From an uncultured Candidatus Saccharibacteria bacterium (GTDB taxonomy: Bacteria > Patescibacteriota > Minisyncoccia > Phycocordibacterales > JAACPR01), in the NCBI GenBank assembly GCA_964538855.1, contig CAZIEY010000002.1, positions 153,007 through 217,006 of the forward strand: a stretch of 64,000 nucleotides of DNA, in the 5' to 3' direction. Shown in pieces: positions 9,590-20,116 of the stretch. A program made the translations under genes and the position numbers. Below the pieces are notes generated by a model, which saw nothing but the letters and a program-made list of their open reading frames with translations, searched no databases and was not told the origin of the DNA. Within the stretch, counting starts at the first letter, position 1; every line of letters starts with the position of its first letter.

Positions 9590-10153
9590 ATGCAACCAAA
9601 TTCATTAGCATCAAAAATCGAGAGTGTACTTTTTTACAAAGCCGAGCCAATGAAAATCAAAAATCTCGCGCAGATTTTGGGTGTTGATGAAAATCAAATC
9701 AGTGAAGCAATACAAATACTCTCTAATGATTTACAGGGCAGAGGATTGCGTGTTATTTCCAAAGATGACGCCGTGGTTCTCGTCACAAGTCCCGATAATT
9801 CCGACATCATCAAGAATCTACAAAAAGAGGAGCTTTCAAAAAATCTCAGTAAAGCAGCGCTCGAAACTTTATCAATCGTAATTTACAAAGGCCCTATTCG
9901 TCGCAGCGAAATTGATTACATTAGAGGTGTCAATTCTCAATTCAGTCTCCGACTCCTCCTTGTCCGCGGTTTGATTGAAAAAATAAGCGATCCAAACGAC
10001 GAACGTTCATATCTTTATAAGCCGAGCTTTGAATTGTTCGCACATCTGGGCATTCAAAAAATCGAGGACATTCCTGACTTTGCAAAAGTTGTGGCTGAAA
10101 TTGAATCTTTCAAAAATCAAAATACAGACAACGTAACCAATGAATCCAAATAG
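9590..10153 (+). CDS. scpB: Segregation and condensation protein B
   Basis: Start taken at MQPNSLASKIESVLFY (internal Met of ORF 9533..10153); tandem winged-helix ScpB-like, coupled to scpA. Confidence 0.7.
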   Translation: MQPNSLASKIESVLFYKAEPMKIKNLAQILGVDENQISEAIQILSNDLQGRGLRVISKDDAVVLVTSPDNSDIIKNLQKEELSKNLSKAALETLSIVIYKGPIRRSEIDYIRGVNSQFSLRLLLVRGLIEKISDPNDERSYLYKPSFELFAHLGIQKIEDIPDFAKVVAEIESFKNQNTDNVTNESK

Positions 10154-11072
10154 GCAAACAGATCAAAAACTATTTTCGATATTAGTATGGATTTTCCCCG
10201 TATTCTTTTTGTTGATATTGTTCATTGCAAGCTATAGCAACGTTGCAGAGGAACATTCTGAGAAACCTATTGCACTAAATCCAGTCAGAAACATGGAGCT
10301 AGAGGGTGATGCTCGCATTGTCGCACAGGCTTATATTGTAAAGGATATAAATACTGGAAATGTTTTGTTCCAAAAAAACGCTTCGCTTGCACTACCACTC
10401 GCGTCAATTACAAAGATTATGACAGCGTTAGTTGCCAAAAATATCGCAACACCCCTCACGCGCGTTCCGGTTACTGCGAGTGCACATGACCCAAGGGAAA
10501 AAGCTGATTTGTACGTGGGTGAATCTTTTTCTTTTAGTAAGATGTTGGATTACACATTGGTTGCTTCGTCGAATGACGGTGCGGCGGCGATTGCCCAGGC
10601 GGTTCAAAATATCTCACGCGAGACAAGCTTTGTAGATAAAATGAATACATTCGCACGTGATATCGGTATGACAAATTCTCGTTTTCTTAATCCGACAGGT
10701 CTTGATGAAAATCCTGGTCAGGCCGGTGCTTTCGGGTCAGCAGAAGATGTTGCACTTCTCATGGAATATACACTCAAAAATTTTCCAGAGACATTTGAAG
10801 CCACAAAAGAGATCAGCTTTAAGACTTCATCCAACATCGGTCTCATGCATCATGCCACAAATACCAACGAAATTGTAAGTGAGCTACCAAATGTGCTTGC
10901 CTCAAAAACAGGATTCACTGATATTGCGGGAGGGAATTTGGCAGTCATTATTGATCCAGCGTTAAATAGACCCGTAGTAATTGTCGTGCTTGGATCGACC
11001 CAGGAGGGCAGATTTGACGACGTAAAAAATCTTGCAAACAGTGTGAGTAAATATTTTTCACTTGTTGAGTAA
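10140..11072 (+). CDS. D-alanyl-D-alanine carboxypeptidase (S11, PBP5/6-like)
   Basis: SITK (SxxK), SSN (SxN) and KTGFT (KTG) active-site triad motifs; signal/TM at N-terminus. Confidence 0.75.
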   Translation: MNPNRQTDQKLFSILVWIFPVFFLLILFIASYSNVAEEHSEKPIALNPVRNMELEGDARIVAQAYIVKDINTGNVLFQKNASLALPLASITKIMTALVAKNIATPLTRVPVTASAHDPREKADLYVGESFSFSKMLDYTLVASSNDGAAAIAQAVQNISRETSFVDKMNTFARDIGMTNSRFLNPTGLDENPGQAGAFGSAEDVALLMEYTLKNFPETFEATKEISFKTSSNIGLMHHATNTNEIVSELPNVLASKTGFTDIAGGNLAVIIDPALNRPVVIVVLGSTQEGRFDDVKNLANSVSKYFSLVE

Positions 11073-11091
11073 AATATGCTACATTATATGA

Positions 11092-12168
11092 ATGACGTGG
11101 GATATTATTAAGATTCTTTTACCTATAACACTGACTTTTTTTATTGGAATTTTGATTACCCCAACAATTACAAACTTCCTCTACAAACACAAAATGTGGA
11201 AGAAAAAATCCGGGAAAATAACCACAGATGGTCGGGTCGCCACAATTTTTAACGAGCTTCACAAAGACAAAGAAGTCGGCACGCCACGAATGGGAGGAGT
11301 AGTCATCTGGAGTAGTGTAATTATATCAATCGGTCTCATTTTGATACTTTCGAAATTTCTCCCGGAAACTATTTTTGAGAAACTCGATTTTTTAAGTAGA
11401 AATCAAACTTGGATTCCGGTAGCAACGCTCATTTTGGGTGCACTATTCGGACTTGTCGATGATTGGCTTGAAATTAAAGGGTCGCACGATCAAAAAGCAG
11501 GTGGTCTATCATTTAAAAAAAGATTATTTGTTGTTGGTGTGATCGGTGTCGCGGTTTCAAGCTGGTTTTATTTTAAGTTAGGTATAGGTGCGATCAGTAT
11601 TCCTTTTTCTAACAATGATTTAATGCTCGGTGCATTAATAATCCCGTTTTTCACATTCATTATGATGGTTATTTATTCCGGCGGTGTTATCGATGGTCTC
11701 GATGGATTATCCGGAGGGGTCTTTGCAATCATTTATTCTGCATACGGAATTATCGCGTTTTCACTTGGGCAAATTAACTTGGCTGCATTTTGTGCGGCGA
11801 TTGTCGGTGCTACACTTGCATTCCTCTGGTTCAATATTCCTCCCGCTCGATTTTATATGTCAGAAACGGGTTCTATGGCACTTACAATTACGCTTGCGGT
11901 TGTTGCTTTTATGACCGATTCAATTGTAGGAGGTATAGGTATCGCCGTGTTGCCGATTATCGCTCTACCTCTCATCATCAGTATCGCCTCAACAGTAATT
12001 CAGCTCGTATCGAAAAAATTACGGAACGGTAAAAAAGTCTTCCTCGTCGCTCCACTCCATCATCATTTCGAAGCTCTCGGTTGGCCAGCATACAAAGTTA
12101 CTATGCGTTACTGGATATTCACCATGATTGTTGCTTTTATTGGAATCATCGTGACATTAATTTCATAA
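11092..12168 (+). CDS. mraY: Phospho-N-acetylmuramoyl-pentapeptide transferase MraY
   Basis: Polytopic membrane protein; DDxxD-like LVDDWLE and VAPLHHHFE motif. Confidence 0.9.
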   Translation: MTWDIIKILLPITLTFFIGILITPTITNFLYKHKMWKKKSGKITTDGRVATIFNELHKDKEVGTPRMGGVVIWSSVIISIGLILILSKFLPETIFEKLDFLSRNQTWIPVATLILGALFGLVDDWLEIKGSHDQKAGGLSFKKRLFVVGVIGVAVSSWFYFKLGIGAISIPFSNNDLMLGALIIPFFTFIMMVIYSGGVIDGLDGLSGGVFAIIYSAYGIIAFSLGQINLAAFCAAIVGATLAFLWFNIPPARFYMSETGSMALTITLAVVAFMTDSIVGGIGIAVLPIIALPLIISIASTVIQLVSKKLRNGKKVFLVAPLHHHFEALGWPAYKVTMRYWIFTMIVAFIGIIVTLIS

Positions 12169-12171
12169 ATT

Positions 12172-13272
12172 ATGGTCAAGGAAAAACCTGCCGACCTCAC
12201 ATTACTTGTCACCGTTGTACTACTTCTGGTCTCAGGACTCATTATTTTTTTCTCTGCTTCACTCGGACTTTTGGCTCGTGATGGAGCGAAATTTGGTTCG
12301 GTTGTTATAGGGCAAATTGGACTCGGACTGATTCTTGGGGGGTCATTTTCAATCATTATATCGCGCATTTCGTATAAATTTTGGGGTAAACAATCCTTTT
12401 GGGTTCTTCTCCTTGCAATCGCAGCAACACTCGCAGTTTTCATCCCAGGACTTGGATTTGAACACGGCGGCGCGCGACGATGGATCGCAATTGGAAATTA
12501 TTTAACTTTCCAACCTGCTGAATTTTTAAAAATCGCTTACATTATCTATTTATCTGCGTGGATAGCTAGTGTGAAAGAGGGTGTAAAAACCATGACTCAC
12601 GGATTCTTACCCTTCGTTATTTTATCTGCTATTTGTGGAGGAATTTTACTTGCACAACCTGATACTGACACCACCGTGCTCATGCTCGCTGCGGGATTCA
12701 CCCTTTATTTTGTATCTGGTGCAAACCTCAAACATATTTTAATCATATTCGCCGCAACAGCGTTTTTAATGCTCGGCTTGATCTTAACTCGTCCGTACCT
12801 TATGGCACGAGTTCAAACTTTTATTAATCCTAGTGCCGATTCGCTTGGTTCTGGATATCAAGTCCAACAATCTCTTATCGCGATTGGTTCGGGCGGTATT
12901 ACGGGTAGGGGTTTTGGTCAAAGTGTTCAAAAGTTCAACTATCTTCCTGAACCAATTGGCGACTCGGTTTTTGCGGTTTTTGCCGAAGAATTCGGCTTTA
13001 TTGGCACCACGCTGCTTCTGCTATTATTTGTTGTTTTTGCCGTACGAAGCATCAAAATCAGCTTTTCTATCAAGGACACATTCGGTGGACTACTACTACT
13101 CGGTCTTGGTATACTTATTACTGCGCAATCATTTTTGAATATGGCGGCTATGCTTGGAATATTCCCATTATCGGGTCTTCCGCTCATCTTCGTCAGCCAC
13201 GGTGGATCAGCATTATTCTTCTCGTTATGTGCAGTAGGAATCATGCTTAACATTTCGCGCTACAAAAACTAA
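12172..13272 (+). CDS. ftsW: SEDS-family peptidoglycan glycosyltransferase FtsW/RodA
   Basis: 10-TM SEDS layout, located mraY-ftsW-murG as in dcw clusters. Confidence 0.8.
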   Translation: MVKEKPADLTLLVTVVLLLVSGLIIFFSASLGLLARDGAKFGSVVIGQIGLGLILGGSFSIIISRISYKFWGKQSFWVLLLAIAATLAVFIPGLGFEHGGARRWIAIGNYLTFQPAEFLKIAYIIYLSAWIASVKEGVKTMTHGFLPFVILSAICGGILLAQPDTDTTVLMLAAGFTLYFVSGANLKHILIIFAATAFLMLGLILTRPYLMARVQTFINPSADSLGSGYQVQQSLIAIGSGGITGRGFGQSVQKFNYLPEPIGDSVFAVFAEEFGFIGTTLLLLLFVVFAVRSIKISFSIKDTFGGLLLLGLGILITAQSFLNMAAMLGIFPLSGLPLIFVSHGGSALFFSLCAVGIMLNISRYKN

Positions 13273-13275
13273 CCA

Positions 13276-14403
13276 ATGAAAATACTACTTACAGGTGGGG
13301 GTTCAGGCGGACATTTTTATCCGATTATTGCGGTTGCTGAATCTATTCGTGAAATTTGTAAAGAGAGAAAATTGCTCGATCCAAATCTTACTTTTTTTGG
13401 TCCGCATCCATATAACGAGCAGATGCTTTTCAATCATCAAATCTATTTTGAAAAAGTTTCAGCCGGCAAACAGCGAACGTATCGTTCTATTTTGAACTTC
13501 TTTGATATGTTTAAAACGGGTTGGGGAACACTTGTTGCGATTTGGAAAGTTTTCTGGCTTTACCCTGATGTTATTTTTAGTAAAGGAGGATACGGAAGTT
13601 TTCCTATCGTACTTGCGGGTCGTATCTTGGGTATTCCTATTGTCATTCACGAATCTGATAGTTACCCAGGTAGAGTAAACATGTGGGCTGGAAAATTCGC
13701 AGATCGAGTCGCTATTTCATACCCAGAAGCAAAAAAATATTTCCCCGCAGACAAAGTGGCGTGGACGGGTAACCCAGTACGCAAAGAAGTCGCACTCACT
13801 TCCGAACAAGGTGCCCGAGAATACCTTGGACTAGAAATTGGCGTCCCAACTATTCTTGTTCTCGGCGGATCGCTCGGTGCAAAAGTAATCAATGATGCAA
13901 TTATAGAAGTATTACCTGAGTTAGTGAAAAAATACCAAGTCATACATCAAACAGGAAACGACAATTTTTCAGAAATTAAAATCATATCAGATTTAGTACT
14001 TGATAATTCGCAGTTTAAAAACCGCTATCGACCATTTAATTACCTAGATGATTTGGCTATGCGCATGTCAGCTGGTGCGGCTGATCTCATCATTACACGC
14101 GCTGGATCAGCCTTGTTTGAAGTCTCTTTGTGGAAAATCCCAAGCATTGTAATTCCGATTACCAATTCAAACGGTAATCATCAATACAAAAATGCCTACA
14201 CATACGCACGGGCCGGTGCCGGAGTCGTCATCGAAGAAGCCAACTTAAACCGAGCGATCCTCATAACTGAAATTGAAAAAATTATGGGGGATACAACCTT
14301 ATATGAAAATATGAAGAAAAGTGCAGGGGAATTTGCTCGCCCAGATGCCGCGAGAACAATCGCAGAAGAAATTATCAAAACCGCCCTTAAACACGAAAAA
14401 TAA
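13276..14403 (+). CDS. murG: UDP-GlcNAc:lipid I N-acetylglucosaminyltransferase MurG
   Basis: MKILLTGGGSGGHFYP N-terminal G-loop; GT28 C-terminal domain. Confidence 0.85.
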   Translation: MKILLTGGGSGGHFYPIIAVAESIREICKERKLLDPNLTFFGPHPYNEQMLFNHQIYFEKVSAGKQRTYRSILNFFDMFKTGWGTLVAIWKVFWLYPDVIFSKGGYGSFPIVLAGRILGIPIVIHESDSYPGRVNMWAGKFADRVAISYPEAKKYFPADKVAWTGNPVRKEVALTSEQGAREYLGLEIGVPTILVLGGSLGAKVINDAIIEVLPELVKKYQVIHQTGNDNFSEIKIISDLVLDNSQFKNRYRPFNYLDDLAMRMSAGAADLIITRAGSALFEVSLWKIPSIVIPITNSNGNHQYKNAYTYARAGAGVVIEEANLNRAILITEIEKIMGDTTLYENMKKSAGEFARPDAARTIAEEIIKTALKHEK

Positions 14404-14404
14404 C

Positions 14405-15757
14405 ATGAACATGCTCGATATTTTCAAAAGTAAAAAAGTTGTAGTCAGATTTCCGCCATCACCGACCGGATATCTTCATGTTGGACGGGCTCGAACCATG
14501 CTTTTTAATTACCTTTTTGCTAAACAGCATGGAGGTAAAATTATTTTTCGGCTCGAAGATACCGACAAGGCGCGTTCAAAAGACGAATACGTACAAGATA
14601 TTATCGAGGGTTTAAAGTGGCTTGGAATTTCATATGACGAAGGCCCTTTCAAGCAATCTGAAAGAACTGAAATCTACAAAAAATATCTCCACAAAATGGT
14701 TGCGGATGGACGAGCCTACATTTCCCACGAACCGGAAGGTGAAAATAAAGAGGTTGTCCGTTTTAAAAATCCAAACAAAAAAGTGACTTTCACGGACTTG
14801 ATTAGAGGTGATATTACTATCGATACTACTGATCTTGGAGACTTTGTTATTGCACGTAACATCGACGATCCGCTGTACCACCTCACGGTAGTGGTGGATG
14901 ATTTTGAAATGGGAATCACACATATCATTCGAGGAGATGATGGTATTGCTAATACTCCAAGACAAATCCTCATTCAGGAAGCAATTGATGCGCCACGGCC
15001 TCTGTACGCGCACTTACCACTCATTCTCGCTGCCGACAAGTCAAAATTGTCAGGTCGTAAAGGTGCGGTGTCTGTTCGAGATTTTCGTGAAAAGGGATAC
15101 TTACCAGAAGCCTTCGTAAACTTCCTCGCACTGATCGGATGGAATCCTGGCACAGAGCAAGAAATTTTCAGCATGGATGAACTCATCAAAGATTTCGACA
15201 TCACAAAAATCTCAAAAGGTGGGGGAGTCTTCAACGAAGAAAAATTACAGTGGTTCAACCGCGAATATATTCGAAAGGTCAGCGACAAGATTTTTGTAGA
15301 AGAGGTCAAGAAGCGGCTCACACAATATAATCCGAGCGACGAAACTATTCTACGTCTCAAACACGTATTAATCGAACGCATGAGCGTATTCGACGATATC
15401 GCAACAATGGTTGCCGCAGGAGAGATTGAATATTATTTCCAAAAACCTTCCGATTTTCCAATTCACAACATCATCTGGAAAAAAAGTGATGCGACGACAA
15501 CACTGAAGCACCTCAAAAATGCGCTGGAAAAAATCTCAACCTTACCGGATCAATTTTCTGAAGAAACTGCTAAAAAGGCTTTGTGGGCATACGCCGAAGA
15601 ACACGGCAAAGGGGACGTTTTGTGGCCAATTCGATACTCACTTTCTGGCAAGGATCGTTCACCTGACCCATTTTCACTCATGGCTATTTTAGGAAAGAAA
15701 GAGACGATGGAACGCATCGAGTTTACTTATAAAAAATTGAATGAAACACAATCTTAA
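14405..15757 (+). CDS. gltX: Glutamyl-tRNA synthetase
   Basis: Start at MNMLDIF (ORF 14321.. overlaps murG); PSPTGYLHVG HIGH region, KLSGRKG KMSKS-variant. Confidence 0.85.
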   Translation: MNMLDIFKSKKVVVRFPPSPTGYLHVGRARTMLFNYLFAKQHGGKIIFRLEDTDKARSKDEYVQDIIEGLKWLGISYDEGPFKQSERTEIYKKYLHKMVADGRAYISHEPEGENKEVVRFKNPNKKVTFTDLIRGDITIDTTDLGDFVIARNIDDPLYHLTVVVDDFEMGITHIIRGDDGIANTPRQILIQEAIDAPRPLYAHLPLILAADKSKLSGRKGAVSVRDFREKGYLPEAFVNFLALIGWNPGTEQEIFSMDELIKDFDITKISKGGGVFNEEKLQWFNREYIRKVSDKIFVEEVKKRLTQYNPSDETILRLKHVLIERMSVFDDIATMVAAGEIEYYFQKPSDFPIHNIIWKKSDATTTLKHLKNALEKISTLPDQFSEETAKKALWAYAEEHGKGDVLWPIRYSLSGKDRSPDPFSLMAILGKKETMERIEFTYKKLNETQS

Positions 15758-17072
15758 GATTATTATTACTATTCTAAGTCTGGCTTTCGCGGTGATTTTT
15801 TGTGTCTCAGCATTCTATCCACAGAACGCATTCGCTCTCAACGAAGAAGAAGAGGCGGAACTTACATCAGAAATTAACTCGAAACGAGAGCAAATCGAAA
15901 AGTTAGACAAGGAAATTTCCGCACACCGAAACGCACTCAATTCAGCGAGTGGACGTGCATCAAATCTCCAAGGAACGATCAAGACACTCGAGGCAACAAA
16001 ATTAAAATTGCAGACTGATATCAAAAAAACACAAACCGAGATGGAGAAAACCGATCTCACCATCAAAAAACTCGGACTCGATATAATCGAAAAAGAATAT
16101 CTTCTTAAAAAAAATCGTGACGGGTTGTCCGAATCAGTACGTCGCGTCAACGAAATTGAATCCGTATCTACTATCGACAGATTTCTCGGGTATACCACAT
16201 TGTCTGAATTTTGGAGTGATTTTGAATTGACGGAAAAATTGCAAAAGCAGTTACACACCGAAGTTGAAACACTTAACAGGCTAACAAATGAATTAAAGGC
16301 TGCCGAACTCAACCAACGAAACGAGAAGAATAATTTAGTAGAGCAAGAAAAACAATTGTCCGGTCAAACAGTTGCGGTTCAATACACGCAAAATGAAAAA
16401 GCAACGCTCCTCGCTCAAACTAAAAACGAAGAATCAAATTACCAAAAACTTCTCGCGCAAAAATTAGCTGAAAAAAAAGCCGCCGAAGCCGAGATTTACG
16501 AAATTGAATCAAAGCTACATTACACAATTGATCCAAATGCATATCTTACACCTCGTCATGGCATTTTGGATTGGCCGGTCGCAGGTTTTCGCTTGACCCA
16601 ATATTTCGGCAACACTGGCTTTGCACGCAGTAATCCACAATTTTATTCAACAGGATTTCACAACGGAGTTGATCTCGCGGTACCACTTGGGACCGCAATT
16701 AAAGCACCGGCAGATGGGGTAGTAAAAGGATTTGGTAATACAGACTTATATCCAGGCTGTCGTTCGTGGGGAGGTTGGCTCATGATCAGTCATCCGACAG
16801 GTCTTTCAACCCTCTATGGTCACCTTTCATCTACAATCGTCAGTGTTGGTCAGCAAGTCAAAAAGGGTCAGGTGGTCGCATATAGTGGTAGTACAGGTAT
16901 CAGTACCGGTCCACATCTTCACTTTGGTACTTATATTTCTCAAGCCGTTGAAATTAAAAATTATAGGGAAGTCGCACCTTCATCAAAAGGTTGTGGTGCT
17001 TATAACGTAAACATCCCAATGGCATCTCACGAAGCATATCTAGACCCGTTAACATATCTTCCTGCCTTATAA
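15741..17072 (+). CDS. M23 (LytM) peptidoglycan endopeptidase with long N-terminal coiled coil (EnvC-like)
   Basis: Signal peptide; heptad-rich region; HNGVDLAVPLGT...D and HLHFG zinc-binding motifs. Confidence 0.8.
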   Translation: MKHNLKIIITILSLAFAVIFCVSAFYPQNAFALNEEEEAELTSEINSKREQIEKLDKEISAHRNALNSASGRASNLQGTIKTLEATKLKLQTDIKKTQTEMEKTDLTIKKLGLDIIEKEYLLKKNRDGLSESVRRVNEIESVSTIDRFLGYTTLSEFWSDFELTEKLQKQLHTEVETLNRLTNELKAAELNQRNEKNNLVEQEKQLSGQTVAVQYTQNEKATLLAQTKNEESNYQKLLAQKLAEKKAAEAEIYEIESKLHYTIDPNAYLTPRHGILDWPVAGFRLTQYFGNTGFARSNPQFYSTGFHNGVDLAVPLGTAIKAPADGVVKGFGNTDLYPGCRSWGGWLMISHPTGLSTLYGHLSSTIVSVGQQVKKGQVVAYSGSTGISTGPHLHFGTYISQAVEIKNYREVAPSSKGCGAYNVNIPMASHEAYLDPLTYLPAL

Positions 17073-17073
17073 A

Positions 17074-18120
17074 ATGTCGAAGTCAACATTCATCATTCGA
17101 AAATTATCCGATTCGGAACCTTGTGATGATTTTCTAATTAAGCATAATGCACCTTTTACACAATCGCTCATGTACGCTACATGGCATAGGAATTTAGGTC
17201 GAACTATTCATCGCTATACAATTGAAATTACTGGTAGCCCTGTGAAACAAATTGGCTATGTACAATTTGTTGAAGCTCCATTATTTTTTGGAAAAAAATA
17301 TGCATACGCGTCGTATGGTCCGATAATCGATCCAAAATATTTCACCGAAGTTCTACCTTTCATCAAATCCGAATTTACAAAAATCACGCAGGGAATTGGG
17401 GCAGCTTTTTTTCGACTAGACTTTACCCCAACTTTATCAGACGCAACCACCCTTCTCTGTAAAAAAACTTTTTTCAAATCCCCTCGCAAAACCTACAAAG
17501 GTGCTCATTTTCAAAACCGCGAAGAATGGTTCATGGACATACGACCAAACGAATCTGAGCTCTATAACAGTATTCATTCTAAACATCGATATTGCTTTCG
17601 TTCTGCTGAAAAAAAGAATTGCCAAGTTGCCATAATCACGGACCATTTCATGGATCATTTTGATACTTTCTGTGCATTAATGAAAGAAACCGCGTCTCGC
17701 AATTCATTCTATTTGCATTCCGAAGACTATTACCGCAGTATCTTTACAAGCCTCGAAACAAGCAAAAGTGGCTATTTAGTAACCACCACCGTGGATGGAA
17801 TCATTACAAACATCATGCTATTCGTTTATTATGGTCGCACAGTTATGTATGTATTCAGCGGCTCGATTAAAGATCAAAAAAATATTCCGTCCGGACATCT
17901 CGCACTATGGCACAGTATTAGACATGCAAAATCTCTCGGGCTCGAGCAATTTAATTTTGGCGGACTTTCAACAAAAGAATTTCCAGACCCATCAATGACG
18001 AACTTAACCCAGTTCAAAATGCGATTTGGAGGTCATCTAGTACGTCATTCAGACTTCTACGACTTGATTATCAATCCGTTTGTGTATGGATTATTTGTCT
18101 TGCGCAAGCTTTTTAGATGA
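17074..18120 (+). CDS. FemAB-family aminoacyl-tRNA-dependent peptidoglycan branch transferase (putative)
   Basis: 348 aa, tandem GNAT-like FemAB/FemX architecture, cell-wall gene neighbourhood; motif-level match only. Confidence 0.5.
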   Translation: MSKSTFIIRKLSDSEPCDDFLIKHNAPFTQSLMYATWHRNLGRTIHRYTIEITGSPVKQIGYVQFVEAPLFFGKKYAYASYGPIIDPKYFTEVLPFIKSEFTKITQGIGAAFFRLDFTPTLSDATTLLCKKTFFKSPRKTYKGAHFQNREEWFMDIRPNESELYNSIHSKHRYCFRSAEKKNCQVAIITDHFMDHFDTFCALMKETASRNSFYLHSEDYYRSIFTSLETSKSGYLVTTTVDGIITNIMLFVYYGRTVMYVFSGSIKDQKNIPSGHLALWHSIRHAKSLGLEQFNFGGLSTKEFPDPSMTNLTQFKMRFGGHLVRHSDFYDLIINPFVYGLFVLRKLFR

Positions 18121-18134
18121 TATAATCCTCCTAT

Positions 18135-18353
18135 ATGATTAAAGATACAAACAAAGGGTTCATACACATCATTTTCGTTTTAATCTTGGTTTTAGTAATT
18201 TTAGGTCTTGTTGGCCTTAATACAGGAAAAATTTGGACTGATTTGTTTTATCCATTATTTAGATTCATCGGAAATATTATCGTAAGCGTTGCAGATTTCT
18301 TAACTTCAATAATTAAATATTTATGGCAAATAGTTGTACAAGTTGGATCATAA
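18135..18353 (+). CDS. Small hypothetical membrane protein (72 aa)
   Basis: ORF with two hydrophobic segments; weak RBS. Confidence 0.3.
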   Translation: MIKDTNKGFIHIIFVLILVLVILGLVGLNTGKIWTDLFYPLFRFIGNIIVSVADFLTSIIKYLWQIVVQVGS

Positions 18354-18695
18354 ACTGCAGAGAAGTGGTTTGAGCAAAAAAATAACATAGTGGTCAAAGT
18401 AGGTGCATATGACAGGAGGAAATATCAAAACAATCGAATCGGCCTTATACAGACCGGTTTTATTTTGGCTAATATAGAGGCTTTATACTATATAGATAGT
18501 GTCGCAAAGATATATTGTGCGACATATATACAATCAACCCCAGCTAACATTTACGTGGGTACCGGTAAAAAAGAGAGATGAGTTTAGTGTGAGTAATTCT
18601 CCACCAATAAAATATTCTCACTCAGTTTAGTCACATACATTTATCTGCACACAAAATATTTGACCGACATGAAAAATAAAAAAGTATCGCCGTTA

Positions 18696-18724
18696 GGGAG
18701 GTCCAAAGTCCATTTGGTCCTCCC
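18696..18724. terminator. Hairpin ggagg(t)ccaaa-gtcca-tttgg(t)cctcc, probable terminator for the minus-strand gene 18826..19452
   Basis: 12-bp stem with one T:T mismatch read directly. Confidence 0.4.
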
Positions 18725-18825
18725 CTCACCCATTTACACAATAAAAGTTATCCACAGGCAAGTTTCACGCAAAAAGAAAAAGCCGCGCCCTACACTTTCG
18801 TGTAGTTAGCGGCCAAACTTGAGCT

Positions 18826-19452
18826 TCAAGCGATACGTCGCTTGACGTATTCTCGTTCACTCAACAATGTAGTCTCACCAGGCAACATATAATGTCTGTT
18901 AATTTCACAAAGGTCAATCCATCGTGCATTTGCCATAGCTGGATCCTGGGAACGGTATTCAAGATCGACTCCTAATGCGCCGCACAGCTCTCTCACTGTC
19001 TTCACCGCATTCGAAACAAAATCCAATCTTGAATCATATGGATAATAATAACGAAATACATCAGGACGTTCAGTTCCGGAAACAGAAACGAATCCAAGCG
19101 ACGACAAGTCAGACATTCGCACAAGTGCTCGGTCACACCAATTAAACAAGTGACCATCTTTTGCACCAGACCACGGTATCGAAAACCCGATCTTGCCGTG
19201 ACCTGGCGGATCCTTGAGAGGATTCGGTTGCATGCACTCGATGTGTCCCAAATGCATGTACGGATTTTCATTTTGTGGCAAACTAACATTATGCATGTGA
19301 GGAAACCACACTCCTTGCCCATCCCACCTCATCATTTCAAGAGTGACGATGGACGGCACAAGCCGATTTTGACCTCGAGGACCTCCAAAAAAGAAAGGTG
19401 CGAATGTTGCGCGGAAAATCCAAGACAATCCCTCGCGTCTTTTCATTTTCAT
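18826..19452 (-). CDS. Hypothetical protein, Trp/His-rich, higher GC than surroundings
   Basis: Start taken at MKMKRREG (GGGAGAG RBS 7 nt upstream); upstream 28 codons of the longer ORF are encoded by an 18-bp inverted repeat and are probably not coding. Confidence 0.45.
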   Translation of the reverse strand: MKMKRREGLSWIFRATFAPFFFGGPRGQNRLVPSIVTLEMMRWDGQGVWFPHMHNVSLPQNENPYMHLGHIECMQPNPLKDPPGHGKIGFSIPWSGAKDGHLFNWCDRALVRMSDLSSLGFVSVSGTERPDVFRYYYPYDSRLDFVSNAVKTVRELCGALGVDLEYRSQDPAMANARWIDLCEINRHYMLPGETTLLSEREYVKRRIA

Positions 19453-19465
19453 GACCGCTCTCCCA

Positions 19466-19512
19466 TTTTCATCCTTAGACACTTTACACCATGCAAAGTG
19501 TCTAAGGATGAA
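19466..19512. promoter_or_regulatory. Perfect 18-bp inverted repeat ttcatccttagacacttt-N9-aaagtgtctaaggatgaa in the leader of gene 18826..19452
   Basis: Read directly; 14 nt upstream of the RBS on the minus strand. Confidence 0.5.
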
Positions 19513-19554
19513 TCTATATATCAGATTACACTTCATAATAAATAAATCAATAGA

Positions 19555-19590
19555 AAAAAGCCGCCACCCTCGCGGATGTCGGCTTTTCCC
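19555..19590. terminator. Bidirectional terminator aaaagccg-N16-cggctttt
   Basis: 8-bp stem flanked by A-run/T-run; downstream of minus-strand gene 19622..20116. Confidence 0.5.
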
Positions 19591-19621
19591 TTGCCTTGCG
19601 ATTTCTCGCGCGGCGAACTAT

Positions 19622-20116
19622 TTAGATACTAACTGCAACTTCTCGCACCTTGTTCCAACACTTCGCTGAGTGAACCCAAGGGTCTGTACCGAATGTTTTG
19701 TACAAGTAACGACCATAGGCCATGTTACCTTCCAACGTATTCAAGTCTAAACCGAGTTTCTGTGCAGTCGCAAGGTGGTAATGTTCATTGATCTGCATCA
19801 CCCCAACATCGTCAGGGTTTGCTCGACCACGTAAAGCTGAACCATCTGGGTTAAACTGTACGAATCGAGATTCACAGAACGCGACATCGATGAGAACAGG
19901 AATATCTTGAAAATATTCTCGCACTCGTTCTTCTGTCGTAAGAGATTTTTTGTTTGTGTTAGGATCAGGCTTAACTGAAACTTCTACAGGAACATTTTGT
20001 GTTGTCGCAGGTGCATTTGTCGTAACTGGGTTACCAGAGATGACTGAGGCAAGCATTGTGAGTCCTAATGTAAGTTCAAAAATAAGTTTGATGTTAATGA
20101 CAATCTGCGTGTGCAA
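19622..20116 (-). CDS. Secreted lysozyme-like/lytic-transglycosylase-like protein (putative)
   Basis: Signal-peptide-like N-terminus; CESRF...GVMQINEHYH...AYGRYLY resembles the E-S...G-hMQI...AY-G motifs of SLT-type muramidases; motif-level only. Confidence 0.45.
   Translation of the reverse strand: MHTQIVINIKLIFELTLGLTMLASVISGNPVTTNAPATTQNVPVEVSVKPDPNTNKKSLTTEERVREYFQDIPVLIDVAFCESRFVQFNPDGSALRGRANPDDVGVMQINEHYHLATAQKLGLDLNTLEGNMAYGRYLYKTFGTDPWVHSAKCWNKVREVAVSI

Noticed and set aside
18747-18755. Perfect DnaA boxes TTATCCACA at 18747-18755 (+) and 37691-37699 (-, upstream of nrdA); possible oriC or DnaA regulation of nrdAB
   Set aside because: Only single isolated 9-mers, about what chance predicts for 64 kb on two strands. 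There is no cluster and no AT-rich unwinding element, and no dnaA or dnaN gene in the window.
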